DNA of 64,000 nucleotides from Balanoglossus misakiensis. Its lineage: Eukaryota; Animalia; Hemichordata. The stretch covers positions 372,001-436,000 of the forward strand of contig CM082597.2 of the NCBI GenBank assembly GCA_040954595.2, given 5' to 3'. Position 1 is the first letter of the stretch, and each line of letters begins with the position of its first letter. Positions 14,861 through 28,200 of this stretch are shown here, piece after piece. A program made the translations under genes and the position numbers. Below the pieces are notes generated by a model that saw only the letters and a program-made list of their open reading frames with translations, was not told the origin of the DNA and made no database searches.

Positions 14861-14891
14861 AGGTTATGCAAATCAAGGTTATGCAAATCAA
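14861..14891. repeat. 15-bp tandem duplication containing the octamer ATGCAAAT
   Basis: (AGGTTATGCAAATCA)x2. Confidence 0.9.
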
Positions 14892-17800
14892 CTCTACAAA
14901 GATAGTCTGTTACTAAGACATGATTGGTTGAGAATCTCTTCTGAAAAGAAATAACAAAACTGTCACAATGAACTCAACTACTTCATGATCAAACACATGC
15001 ATACACATGTAGACGTAAAAGTATATTTTATTTTCTGGCCCTTGTAGACTGGTTATTTGATTACATTATGCACTAGCGCAGCTAGGAGTTGGACCATATG
15101 CTCTTATATCGTTAGAAAAACCTGTGTGATTTCAGCGTAAACTAATGTGACACGTTATACAGTTTTACTCGTAACTGTTTACCAATGAAGTAAACACAAA
15201 AACTATTTGGTATGGCTACGATAGACATAGCAACGGTGTAAATCAATATGGCTGACGGCAACAAAGTGTGCAATGTTTTGACGAAATGAAAGAGTGAAGG
15301 GAAGTGTTCTGTCCCGAGAAACAAAATGTTAAGGAGTTTGTATGACAAGTAAAATTTGAATGCATTTTTAAGATAAGTCAAACATCATGAAAAGTCATAA
15401 TCTGAAGTCTCTTTTTTGTGAACCAACTTTTTGGGGAGTGGGAATTTGGCCAGTGGCTTTTTGTAGCCTTGTTATGTGTTTTGATGGGTCACAGTTCACA
15501 TTCCATAAAATATAAATGAAATCACAGCCTAAGCTTCACCTGTTCAGTTCTTTAAAACTGAAAAAGAATTCCAGAAGGCATACTTGACATTGGTTTAATA
15601 TAAATCTTCATCGATTGGCCAATAAATAAGTTAATGATGTTTACTATAAGACTTCTCCGCCTTGAATATAATCTCTTTGCCCTTGGAAAATTTCATCCCA
15701 TCCAAAAGAGAATCTCATCCTGTGACTGGTTGCATCCTCTTCCTCTAAGAAATTCTTTTCTTCAAACTTACACACATTCAAATCAAAGCAGCACTTTTGG
15801 TGATCTCAAACTAAACTATAAACTATGAAACACGTCACAAATATAGAACTGAACTTTCTGCATTGTTTCTCTGAATAGTTAATATCAAAATCAACATTTT
15901 AGGAGTCACTATATTAATATTAGTTAGGCGAACGTAGTATAAACTTTGAGTTCTGAAGGAAATCTGGTTGGTCAAACAAACAATTTGTTTGTCATGGTTG
16001 GCAAAATGCTTGGTTGGTGGGCTGGCTTATGGTCAAAATAGTGGAGAAATATTTGTCGGGCGATCACACAAAGCGCTTGTAACAGAACAGTTTCATGGAG
16101 AGATGGTCAGTAAACAACATATCAGTTCCGTTTGTCATGACTGGTCTACCATGACACTCTAGATGACAACATGGCTTCTGGCTAAATTCAAACAGGGGCA
16201 AGCTATCAACATCAACAGAAGTTCAAAAAATGTGTGAATTTCACGGCTTTGCAGAGATAAGCAACTTAGCACATACTTGATTGCATGCATGTGATTATTT
16301 TGTTATCTCATTAACACTCCTGTTTTATGTTTACAGAGATTTAAATTGGTGACCATACAGGAGTTGAAAAAATAAACAAACTTCAGTAGAATGTTCTGTA
16401 TGGCCAACAAGATAGCTGCACTTTTCTCTAAATCCAAAAGAGAGATTTCAAACCATTTTAAATTAATTATTTGCAGAAAATTCACAGAATTTAAACAAAA
16501 TTGCCAATTGGTGCAATAGCCCAAGCATTCCAGTATAGGAGTTTATTTAAGCCGGAATGTCCGTGGGTAACTTTGAAGAGTGAAGATTTTTCCTTGGCGC
16601 ATGTGAGGTCCGTCAGTATTTAGGTTATTATGCGGTAGAGCTGCAGTCTTGGTATTCCCAATAGAAAAACAAAGACATACCACTTTAGTAGCTTACAAGT
16701 TATGCCTGTATCAACTACTTGTGTGAATAAGCTATTTATAATCATTTAGCAGAAACTGAGCGTGTCTACAATTTGTTGAAATGTTCCTAAAATTGTACAT
16801 CAGTTGCAAGAAAATGCTAATTTTATTATTTCTATACACACAATTATACTGAAAATGCTTAACAGTTTGGAAATACATGTACATACATAAAAAGAATTAA
16901 AATCCAGCAAACTGTAAATTCAAAAGTTTGACTTCTATCTCCAAACACACACTTCCTCTCTGTCACTTCTCGACCATAATGGTCCAAACATCAGATCCCA
17001 TGACAACCTATCAACTTTTCAGACACCACCGGTCACCTTTGAGACATCCCAGATACCAGACAACAGATTTGCCCAAACTTCTACAATTAGAATAATGAAT
17101 TTGAAACCAGACCAAAGCCAGACCTGACAGTCAGAAAAGCAGCCGGTCTCAGGAGTACCAGACCGGTGTGTCGGCATTTTGACCGTTCAGAGAGCGGCCA
17201 CACAACAAGAGGTCACTCTGAGATACGGGAGACAACTGCACAAATAGGGATCAACCAAGTGTAACAAATTACAGTGGCAATCAACCACTTGACGACAAGA
17301 CTGAGGACAAACATTGAAAAGAGTGTCAATGCATTGATGTGATAGACTACTCAACTCCATCAAAATCCACTGATAAAGATGAAAGTGTATACAAGTGCAA
17401 ACAACCCAACAAAAGATTGGTTGTTTCTGAGAGGAAGTCTGGTCAAGGTGAACAACTTTTTCATTGAAAAGACTTGAATTGAGTGCAGCTTATGGGGCAT
17501 GACTGCAAATACTATCCCTCCATCTCGGGGAAACTTGAAGGTTTAGTCGTCAGTTTTACATGGAATGGATGTGAAATAGCCAGGCGCTTTCAAAGTGTAT
17601 GAGTTTAAAAAAAGAAGTTGACCTATTATAAGAAACCAGATCAATCCAGAATGGAGAAGGCTGGTTGATTTTTTATTGTTGCTTGGTTCTTATCTTCAGC
17701 ATCTACTGTACGGCTGAGTTAAACAGCAAAGACTTTTGTTGGGGGAACAGTTTCACCACAAAAGCAGCAAATTATGCCCTAAGCAAGGTGTGTATGATCA

Positions 17801-19665
17801 ATACACCAGCAGTGTTCACCAATGGCCTCCATTGAGCTCATGAGATTCAAACTATGCATGCTATACGAAATGTCAAAATATAAGGAAATATGTATGCAGG
17901 CTATATTTATAGTTACTATGGCAACAACAAGGTGAGAACTACAAAGCAACACATCTGAAGATGTGGTTTTAATTGTTTTACAATTTCCTCTTGAAAATGA
18001 CAATTTATATGATATCCTTCAAAAGATACTCAATTCAGCGTCTGAGCTCAATTCATCCAGTTCAACTGCGAGTTCATTTGAATGATAAAAATATAACACC
18101 TGGTGCTGAGATGTTGTAGAGAATGATGCCAAGATGTTGACATCTGTACGCTTTACTTATAAAAAATTCCAAGGTAGTGACCTAAGATACAAGTTGTTAA
18201 TGACATGGCCCTACAGCAGGGGTATTAACATTCCTTGCAATTTGGAAATAGTTTCCAATAAAACAGCCCTGAACAACCTCAGTGATTTCTCCTTGCCTTA
18301 AGGTGGCCCTTGGGTGCTGGTGATTAAAATATGGACGAGTTTGGAGGGGGAAAAGATGCTTGCGGGAACGACTTAACAAAGACGTCAAATCTAATGTGGT
18401 CCTGAAAATGTGGTTATTTTGTCTCAAAGAGAAATCAATTAATGAAAAGTTGCCATATTTTGTACCAAATGTAGCAAAGACCACCTTGCAGCAGATGGCA
18501 ACACTGTAACAATTTTAGCATTCAATGATTTCTTTAGAGCAGTGTAATTACCATATCAAATTTCTTAGGACTGGATTAGGTATAACGTAAAGTCTAGTCA
18601 CTACATGTCAAAATCTCCCCATCCTCCACATGGTTTAGCGAGATCTCCCTCATACAGTCCCCCTATTAAACAACAAGGTTTTGAGGGTCCTGTCTGACTA
18701 AACCAGCTTGACTCATGCAGATGAATCGTTCTTGACAGAGAAACCTCTTTTCTGTACTTAAATACATGTTCCGTAGGAATGAACTTTCCTAATGGGGTGC
18801 CTGTTGCCATGGAAGCCATACTGCTTAGCCATTTCAATTATGAAATACCAAAGCACGCTACCATGGCAACAGAGATCCATGTAAGCGTGTGTCAGTCTCA
18901 CTCAAAGTATTAAACACAGACACTGGGCTGCAGATACCCCCTTAGCTATCATCACATCCACTGCCTTGGAAGAGAATTCCAAACCTTGCCTTTTGCTCTG
19001 CCTACCCCTATCACATTTCAAGCCCTCACTAATCTGCTGCCAACAAATTTTCTCAAGTCTTCATTTTTCCGCCAGCCTCAACCATTTTTATGGCGACCCT
19101 TGACCGCCTGACGTGAGCGAGTTTCAATATTTATTGAACTGTGACGTTTGAAGTTATAGTGTCAGGTGTGAAGCATACATCATTACATAAACTCAAGCAT
19201 TATGTAAAACATTCGTATTAATTAAATTTCTCTACAAGTAACAGTTCTTTAGTAAGAAGTCTTGGTCATAAAAAGTGAATCTGCTTTTATTCATCTGCAT
19301 ATATAAATGCTGCACACATGCAAATGAGAGAGTGGGATGATTCTATCCCGTGCAGTGTTGTTGCGACGTTGACGGATTGTAATGAGTTGGAGTTTGTGGC
19401 ATTTGAAACCTTAATAGTAATTAAATAATGTGTCTGTGTCACATGGGTGTCACATGGTCCAGACAAGGTTGTGACAACAGAACTAAATGATTATCAATTA
19501 TCAGATGCTCACAAACTGCTGTTATGTTTAGTGGCTGCTGTCTTGAATGTGTATGTGTGTGCGTGAGTTTAGACAGAGGACCATCGTTGTAAACCACGAC
19601 CTCGTTGCATCAATACAGAGGTATCTATGACTCGCGAGAATGACAGAGAACAAGAGAAACAGATA

Positions 19666-19700
19666 GGGGAGGGGAGGGGGCTAGGGGAGGGTAGACAGGG
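19666..19700 (+). other. G-quadruplex-forming motif
   Basis: GGGG-A-GGGG-A-GGGGG-CTA-GGGG-A-GGG with short loops. Confidence 0.6.
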
Positions 19701-19982
19701 ACTGCCTATTGAGCAGAATTGGAGTAGGATAGACAGTAAGGTTTATTCTTTTCGAAGTCCCATACATAATTTGCATGAGACAATAAGAAGACAAAAGACT
19801 CCTTTGAATTTAATCATGCATCTGCATTGTACAATGCAATACCCATGCAGATTGGAACTGACATTTTTTTCCAAATTAATTTTTGATCACAGATCCTGTT
19901 GGCAGACACTCTCTGATGCCTTGATGACTGTTGGGGGTATTGGGTTACGCGCTCTGAAGCATAAAAATACAGTAGGGAAGAC

Positions 19983-20065
19983 AGGTCACCCGAGGTCAGC
20001 CATAATATGATGAATCCAAACTCCCAAGCTTCACAAAGAAGAGGAAGCTTAGGGGTCAAAGGTCA
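19983..20065 (+). promoter_or_regulatory. Nuclear-receptor element cluster (DR4 plus DR1)
   Basis: AGGTCA-CCCG-AGGTCA at 19983-19998 and GGGTCA-A-AGGTCA at 20053-20065. Confidence 0.45.
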
Positions 20066-21267
20066 CTGGAAACTGTCACTTTTCAAGTGATGGATCCACA
20101 CAGATGGAAGGATGTTGAATCGCATACAGTTTTTGGTCTTCATGGCTATGGGTCAGAAATGTCTTTATTGTCCACAAGATAAACTAAGGCACATGCCTAA
20201 ATCCCAAACAGTTGACAATAATTGAAACATTTCAAATAAAACCTCAGCGTTCTGTAAATCTACAAACAAGTATTCCTAGTTCGGATTACACTGACGACTG
20301 CAAACACATTCCTACAACACACTCCTAGTTCTTCAAGTGTTTAACTTTGAGTCTCGGAAACCTGTTTCAATTATTTACAGAGAAAAGTTGGAGTAAATTG
20401 TATAAACATGTTCTAACCTCAAGCATTTAGAATGTATCTACTTTATACTGTGGTGGGTCCCACGGTTCTCATGGTTACTCTGAATTGAATAAAGTTGTCA
20501 TCAATCACACCTGTATTTCTTTTCTTTGTGGTGAGTTTATAAAAGTACAATCTGGTTCTATTCTATGGAAGTTACAAGGAATGTAGGTAGGTCAATATAT
20601 AGCTCTTCCTCATTGATGCAAATTTGATATATTTTAAAATTCAAAGATGATAAATCACAAGTAATACCTACTCATGCCAATGCTTTGTGGTTAAGATTTA
20701 CACTGATATAAATGTATTCACTCACTAGTTCTAACCTAATCACTGACAAATGATACATTGTAGCAATTCTACTAAACAGTTACAATGTAACTCATGTATA
20801 AATCTCTCTTGATCACCAACCAAGACTTTTCTAACGATTACAATTTTAAACGCCATCACTTCTTTTCTCAATTGACTCAAATTGCCTTTCTATGGTTTTG
20901 TTTAGTGCTGTAAACCCTGACGCCTTCTCTCCTAATTGCCATCAGCCTGAAGAAATGAACGCTTTATGGTTGATGTAACGAGTTCTCTATTAACGTTGTT
21001 TTCATCATGGCCTGTGAGGGCAGCATTCAGTAGTCGAACGGCCGCAACCCCTGGCCACTTGCCACGCACACAAATACTTAGTATATTTTTTGTCATAAAG
21101 CAAAGTTTGAAGCCTAGTCTCCACCAGAAATAACCTTGTGGTCTCATATGAATGAGAGTGGGACAGATGAGATTATAAAAATATATGCAAGAATAAAATT
21201 CACGTTAATTTCAACAGATCCAGGTAAACTTATTTGCATATCATAGATAACGTCAACGAGTTTTACA

Positions 21268-21285
21268 TAGCGCCACCTAGTGACA
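21268..21285 (-). promoter_or_regulatory. CTCF-like binding site
   Basis: Minus strand TGTCACTAGGTGGCGCTA closely matches the CTCF core CCAC(C/T)AG(G/A)(G/T)GGCGC and sits in a CpG-retaining segment. Confidence 0.5.
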
Positions 21286-21879
21286 GAACGCATTAAAAGC
21301 TGTTCCGTCGTAAATTGCCATATTCTATCAGTCACACACTAGTGCGCAGATAATATCCACTTTAATGACAACATTTTACATTATCAATACTTGAAATGCG
21401 CTTTCTGAGTGGAAGGGCTGTTTGCCAGGTTATATATATCACGCAAGAAGTTTGCCGACATTGTGTCCATAAACGTAGACAGCATGGCTGGACTTCAGAC
21501 ATTTTATGCTCTCAATGTAATTAAATTTGTCTCATATTGCAGCTCTAAATTCCACGTTGACCACTTTAATAGGTTATAATTATTGACCAAATCATAACCA
21601 AGCTGTACTGCATTACACAGCAACGTAAAACATTGCAAATGTCACAAAAATATCAGCCTGCCAATTATTCCCTTTCATTCAATTTTTCTTGTATTTGCTT
21701 ATTAGCTCAATTATAGTATTTATAATAAGGTAAAACTAATAACTGTGTTTTTTATGATCAATCAACAGTTACAGTGATTAATTTTAAGACATTTATCACA
21801 CAGAAATACTGGAGGGAAAAACACTGGGCAAGTCCTTTATCTCATTTACACAGCAGACAACAAAGTGCAAATGCAACAT

Positions 21880-22210
21880 TGTTAATTTTCACCCTTTCAC
21901 TTTCTATCAATTAATTTTCACCTTGGCTACTTTGTTGCCGACTCGCTTCCTTGCTGGCTTCTGTGTAACAAATTGGCTGAAATAGCTACAATCTATCAAT
22001 TTGCTTTCACATTTGCTACTTTGTTGCAACTTTTCTAAACTAGGACACATTCTAACTTTGTAAGTGTATTAGATTCCTTGCTGGCTACTTTGTATCAACT
22101 TGACTAAATGAAACAGCTACTTTCTATCAATTTATTTTCACCTTGGATACTTTGTTTCAACTTTTCTAAACTAGGACACATTGTAACTTTGTAAGTGTAT
22201 CAACTGGCTT
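21880..22210. repeat. Degenerate tandem repeat, about 130-bp unit, about 2.5 copies
   Basis: CAACTTTTCTAAACTAGGACACATT(C/G)TAACTTTGTAAGTGTAT at about 22027 and 22158. TCTATCAATT..TTTCAC...TACTTTGTT occurs three times and TTCCTTGCTGGCT twice. Confidence 0.85.
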
Positions 22211-24900
22211 CGCTTCAAACAGACTACCTTACATCAAGCCCCTATGTCTGTTTCCCATTTCAAATAATGAAATGCCAGTCCTCAATCTTTGCCAGACTTG
22301 GCTCATTTCCTGGCAAGCAGCACGGAAACAATACTTGGTTATTAGACAGTGTTGACTAGTCAAGTGTATCTACTTTTAGATCACACAACTCATCTCATTT
22401 CACTAAGATTATAACTTTATCCATTTTCAAGCAGCGTTTGTTACATCAGCTCATCTATCCACTGATAAGGCCAACATATTAAATTGGTTTGTGGTTGAAA
22501 CCATTCCAGGAAACCCATCTATTCAATAAATACACTTGAAGTACTATCAACCCACAATCAGATTTTGTTTTCTATTCAGAATTATATTAACTGGATTTTT
22601 TTCTAAAGTAATGTACATCTGGGTAAACTCTTAGCTCTGATACAAAAATATATTTGACACACACCTGAATCTGTCAGAAGACTCGCCTATTTAAAAACAT
22701 TCTAACCTTACTTCCCATAATTTATTTCATTTTCCCTTCAGTATTCTGACTTTCCCATCAGCAACCTTAATCCACATCACTTTGCCTCATTCTCCATTAT
22801 AATATCACATGAACCAGCGCAGTATCTGAATAGAGTTAAGAATTACTGTCAAAATTACCTAATCCAAAGGTCATCATGGCGACCTCTGTGACATTTTTTC
22901 TTCAAGAGTGTCATAATCTCATTACGGTATTATTTGCCGGGGTCACTAACAATGACACTTGATAATAGTCTAATCACGCCCAACACTATAACAGCGTAGA
23001 AGTTGAGTTTATTACAACATCAACCATTCAATTTGTACCCATAACAATATATATCTGTCACCATACATGCATATATGCATGGCTTCACAATGGTACACCA
23101 GCAACTATTGTTTATCCTTTAAGGAAACACCCTCAGCATTGTATTTGCCCCTTTAATTAATATGTTAAAAGTCTATGACTATCCAAGCAATTCAAGTACC
23201 CAGAATGCAGCTGTTTAATTTTGTCTAGCTTTAGATTAAAACATATACATATACGTGTAGTTTTATCAAGCATTTCACTGAGCAAAGTACCGACTTGAAT
23301 ATTACTTTCAAAGTGGCCATATGGAACAAACATCCCTACAGACCCCTGTCTTCGTTTGCAAGTCAAAAATGCCTTTAGTTCCAAACTAATTAATTTCCCC
23401 CAGTTTTTCGTAAATTGCTGCTAATATTCCTCCCATTTATGGGAATGAGAATTTTACAAATTAACAACTACGCAAGGCAAAATTGAATTGATCAGACCTG
23501 GTATTGATCAAAGCATTGCGACAGAGTACCCACTGGGGAAATCGAGATGCTTCGTCAAACTCCCAACATAACCTATTTAACAGCAATTGTTTACCAGGGA
23601 ATATACAAACTATGCACATGTTACATGTCATCTCTTGAAACTCTAAATAAACTGAGTTGTCAACTTTTTTACCCACAATGCAATTATGTAACTTGACTAG
23701 ATGCCTTTAACATGAAGTGAAAAACTATTTCGGGTAGCAAGAATTGTTTTATAGAAATATAGTCCAGTAAACTAGTGACATAGTCTGTACTTGTCAATAT
23801 AAAATGTAAAGTTTTCACCAATATGAAGTGAAAAGTCTGTTGAGTTTTTTTGAGAAATAAAGGTCAATTCTAAACACTCTCGATTTGGATCACGAAATAA
23901 AAAAGCCATGAGTTCTCCAAAGTAATTGTCATCATTCACCAAGAAGATGCCTCATTTAATACAATTCACCTCCAAAAATTGGCTGAAATTTGAGAATGTT
24001 ACATGGGAAATCAATCTTGGTGTCTTTCACAGCGGCCATATTAAATGTGATACTCGCTTGCAGACATAAACCTATCTCTTGGCTAATTCCCCGAAATTTT
24101 GTAATGGGACTCTGTAAGCTAGCGGCCATCACCAATTTGTCACAATTTTAGTAAATTTTGTCCAATTTTGAAATATCATGCAAAAGTAGCCTCAAACTAC
24201 GAGCACGCAATGAGCTCATTTTGCCAATTACCACTTTTGACTTTTCGAGGCTCAATATATTTCTGAGTTGAACAGAAGGTAGGCTCTGTGTTAATTCCAA
24301 GAATCCAAGCAGTTTCAAAATTTCATTCAAATTTTACTGGCTATTTTCTATTTTTTAAACTGAAACTCTGGAAAAGCCGTCTCTGCTCATAGCAATAAAA
24401 GTAGTTGAAATTTGTCTTGGATGAAACGTTGCCAAGGAAACAAAATGATACCCCACTAGGTTCTAAAGACTTCTATAGACACACACACTCAACTGCATTT
24501 GCCCACAGACACACCATGGAATACATCTTATTGTTGTCTTCTGAACATCTCCAGGGTAGCCAGGTGAAAATGATTTTACAAAAATATCCATGTTTTACTG
24601 ACCATTCCTTATCTCCATTTGGTGACATTATTTCCATGAAACAGAGTCAATTTTTGAGTATGTAGAGTTCTAATTGATCAGATTCACAGAGTTCAATTCA
24701 AAATCATTTGGAAGTATAATATTTGGAGTGCGATTTTAACACCGCTGTTTTACAATCCTTGTGATTAGCTCGGAGTCTTGGTGTCGCTAACAAATCCCCC
24801 TCATTATACATCTCTATTTAATGGTTGGTTTAACACACTCCATGGACGACTGTTACAGCTGATACTCACAGCTATTCACCCATTTCCACTGATTAGAGGT

Positions 24901-24914
24901 GTTACCATAGCAAC
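24901..24914. promoter_or_regulatory. RFX X-box consensus site (representative of many)
   Basis: GTTACCATAGCAAC matches GTNRCC-n(0-3)-RGYAAC. Confidence 0.45.
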
Positions 24915-27900
24915 AGATCAGCTGGTTTGATGAACATGTCCCAGATACGATTTGCGTTTGGCTCTTAAGACGAGATTTTCAGGTTATGAGGAACGCATCT
25001 CCTTGGCAGGTTAAATGAACAATAGCTGTACATTTTGATTATTCTGTTCAGTTTTTTAAATTTCGGGTTGAATATAAACATTCTAAAAGACTTTGCCATT
25101 TGAACAGTGGTATATATATATCGCCCCTCAAACTCCTCGTTGTCTGAAATTTCAATTCTGGTTTAGGAGTCTGATGAAAAGTTCTCCATTTTCAATTTTA
25201 ATGGGCAACATTTTCTCCAGAAATAATTCAGTACGTCTTTGACACTTAAAGGCCAGCAGCTAATTTTCAAGACGAAAATGGAATCTTCCACAAATGCAGA
25301 TGGGGAAATTGAATCTATGACGTTTTATATCGTTATCAATCGTTGAAATTACATAATTGTGCCATACTCCATGTCTCTCCCCCACATGTTGTTGATCACA
25401 TCTACCCTCGAGGTGGGTAATTCTCGAAAATGAGTCCTGTAAATGCCAAAATCTTCATAAATGCTATCATTAAACCTATATCTACGTTGCCTGTCCTCTG
25501 TGTGCAAGATAATATTTCAGATAGATCAGATTAACAGGGAGATTTTATGTCAGGGTAAGACAAGCCTTCAAAAGTTCAAAATTAGGACATACATCTTAAC
25601 TGTGATGTTCAGATCCACAGATTAAACCAATCCAAAGGCTATCGTGTAATATAGTTGTGTCATTGTCATATATTTGCAACAGATGTATTCTATAATTTCC
25701 AAAAAGTTGCTTTAAACCTATTTTGAAACTTTGATCTGTTACACCACATAGATGCAACGAACGAAGCTGCAAAGCCCCAGCAAAGTTTTGATTCACTAGC
25801 TCATAATGCTTCTTGATTGTAATGGCCATAGCAAGACCAGACCAACGTTGTCGTCGCCAGTGATGGGTGTTTAGGAGCCAGACATTATTTACATGTAGCA
25901 TTGAATGGCTGTGAATGCCAAGACTGCAACACTTCAGCTGCTGAGGGTTAAGTAGCTTTCTGGAGACAGTCTTCTCACTACTTGTCATAAAACTAACCTT
26001 CCATCATCAATAATATATACCCACTGGGAAATATTACCCCTTGAAAAACACGACCCACTATACAAACTTGAAATTTTCATCCTGAAAATTGCTGACTTGA
26101 CATTTCATCATAAGTGACAGTTTTCGGCTGAGGATTTTATGATCAGAAAATTAAAATGTGCAAGCGGGCGGAAAATTGAGTACATTTGAAGAATGATAAA
26201 TATTTGACTAAAATCTGACAGATTCGTTCCATCTTCAAGCACAGCTGGAAGTCAAAGTTCATTCTGATGGGGAAATACATGCAAATACACTGCCTTTATC
26301 TGATAAGCAGAGACAAGAAAAACAAACACACAAATCACAACAATTAGTGTGAAATAATAGAGTTTAGTAGAGGCTTTTAGAGCAAAAACAAACATACTTA
26401 AGTAAGAGCAATACAAACACATCAACAGCTATTTCTAGATTAGACTGACTGATAAGATTTCAAGAGCTTATTTAACAGACCATAAGTGCTGTTTGGAAAT
26501 GATTTTATCACAGTTATGTAATGTGCATGTATTTGCCATACAGGCAAAACATATGTACTTCACTCTACGTGTAGCGAACACATCGGTAAAAACATGTTTC
26601 AACTACGTGACTGCGCAGTACTAGTCAATATCGCTCATTGGATTTAAATTTGCACACAATTATCGACCAGTGTCTTGAATTTCATCTTGCTAGGAGTATA
26701 AAACCCAAGGCAATCTATCAGCAATGTAAAGTTCATTTTTGAGGACTTTCTAGGTGTGTATAAATCTTGCAAGTGGTCCAGAGTGTATCTGTTTGGTTCC
26801 AGGGTCTCATTGTTGGAGATTTGTTGACAGATAATGTTACATTTTCACAAGAACCTTCTTTGCGTGTCTCTTTCTTTCACACAGAGAACAACATGAGAGC
26901 TTCTTCTCCAACATAGTGCATTCTGGGATACATTGGCAAAATTTCAAATCACCACAGATCAACCAATGTTACATGTTTAGCATCTTTTCGGTCAGAAATG
27001 TTTCCAAGCCAACATCTTTACCCAAATACACGCAGATTTGCACATCTATGCTCTTTCTATGGAGAAGTTTATCAGGAATTCAATTTATTTTCATTGCTCC
27101 AAGATGCATCCGGTCAAAAAGACCCATGGCCAAGTTACCATTTAACATTTAGTTAGTAACAAAATTACATGATTGTGCAAAGTACACCTTTGATGGGTCT
27201 GGACTGTCACAGAGTTGACAATTATTACTTTTAAATATTTGCCTACAAAACTACAAATGGATATCTCTCTACATGGGGTTCCAACATAAAATGTTTAGAC
27301 GCAGTACGGTCTGTTTCCATGGACACTTTGGCTAGGATATGTTAAATTTAGCAATTTCCAAATGTAGAACTCTTGGCTTCATTGAATGAGAAAGCTCCAT
27401 GGTGATTGGGTTAAATTTGCGTGATAATCCACATCCTTTGATACGGCCAATATCACTCACGTTCTCCAACTGTACCTCCGGAAGGACTTATTTTCTGTTC
27501 ATGGTTAATTACGCTATTATTGATAAATTTACCACAAAATACTGTCACTGGCTGTTAGCTCCCACTATCTACGCTCCCACCTGTTAAGACGAAGGCAAGT
27601 ATTCTGCCAGACCACAAACTGAGCTGAAGAAAGACCGACACATATAGTCACAGTCCAACGCCAATTCTCAGTGAATGAAAACCTGAGTCAGTGCAAATGA
27701 TGTTTACCTTCGCAGTAATCAAAGCTTACAGTTATTTGTCGTGAAAGCTTCTTTGCAGTGTTATTCTTTTTGCCGAGTAAACACCGCCACGGAAAAAGCG
27801 TTTTTCATCTTCTCCCTGTGTCTCATTCAGACATCTTACATCGCTAAGCCAATACCACACACAAGAAAAGGGACCCCACTGGGAATGCACTAGTTCTGTT

Positions 27901-28059
27901 TTGTCACTCCTGACTTCAAAAACAAAGTCACAGGTACACTTCCTGCAGACATGGCAAAGTAAATTACTTGTTTGTTCTGCAGAATACAAAGATCAGTTCC
28001 GCTGTCTTTGCAACTCCACAGAGAACCTTCCATGTCATCAATAAAATTGGCAGAGAACG

Positions 28060-28200
28060 AAGCAGAGGAGGATGTTGCTAGGGGAAACAGTTCCTCACTG
28101 TGTATAAACCACCGTGTAGGCGCTACACAGTGCAGGGCAAAGCGACGAGTCAGATTCGGTCAGTGACGCGAGCGAATCGGGCTTATCACTCTGCTCCTTG
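28060..28200. promoter_or_regulatory. CpG-rich promoter- or enhancer-like island
   Basis: Dense CpG (GCGACGAG, TTCGGTC, GACGCGAGCGAATCGG), X-box-like GTTGCTAGGGGAAAC at 28074-28088, TGACG and GATA (CTTATC) sites. Confidence 0.35.

Noticed and set aside
21880-22210. CRISPR-like array
   Set aside because: The intervening sequences are themselves homologous, there are fewer than three full repeats, and there are no cas genes.
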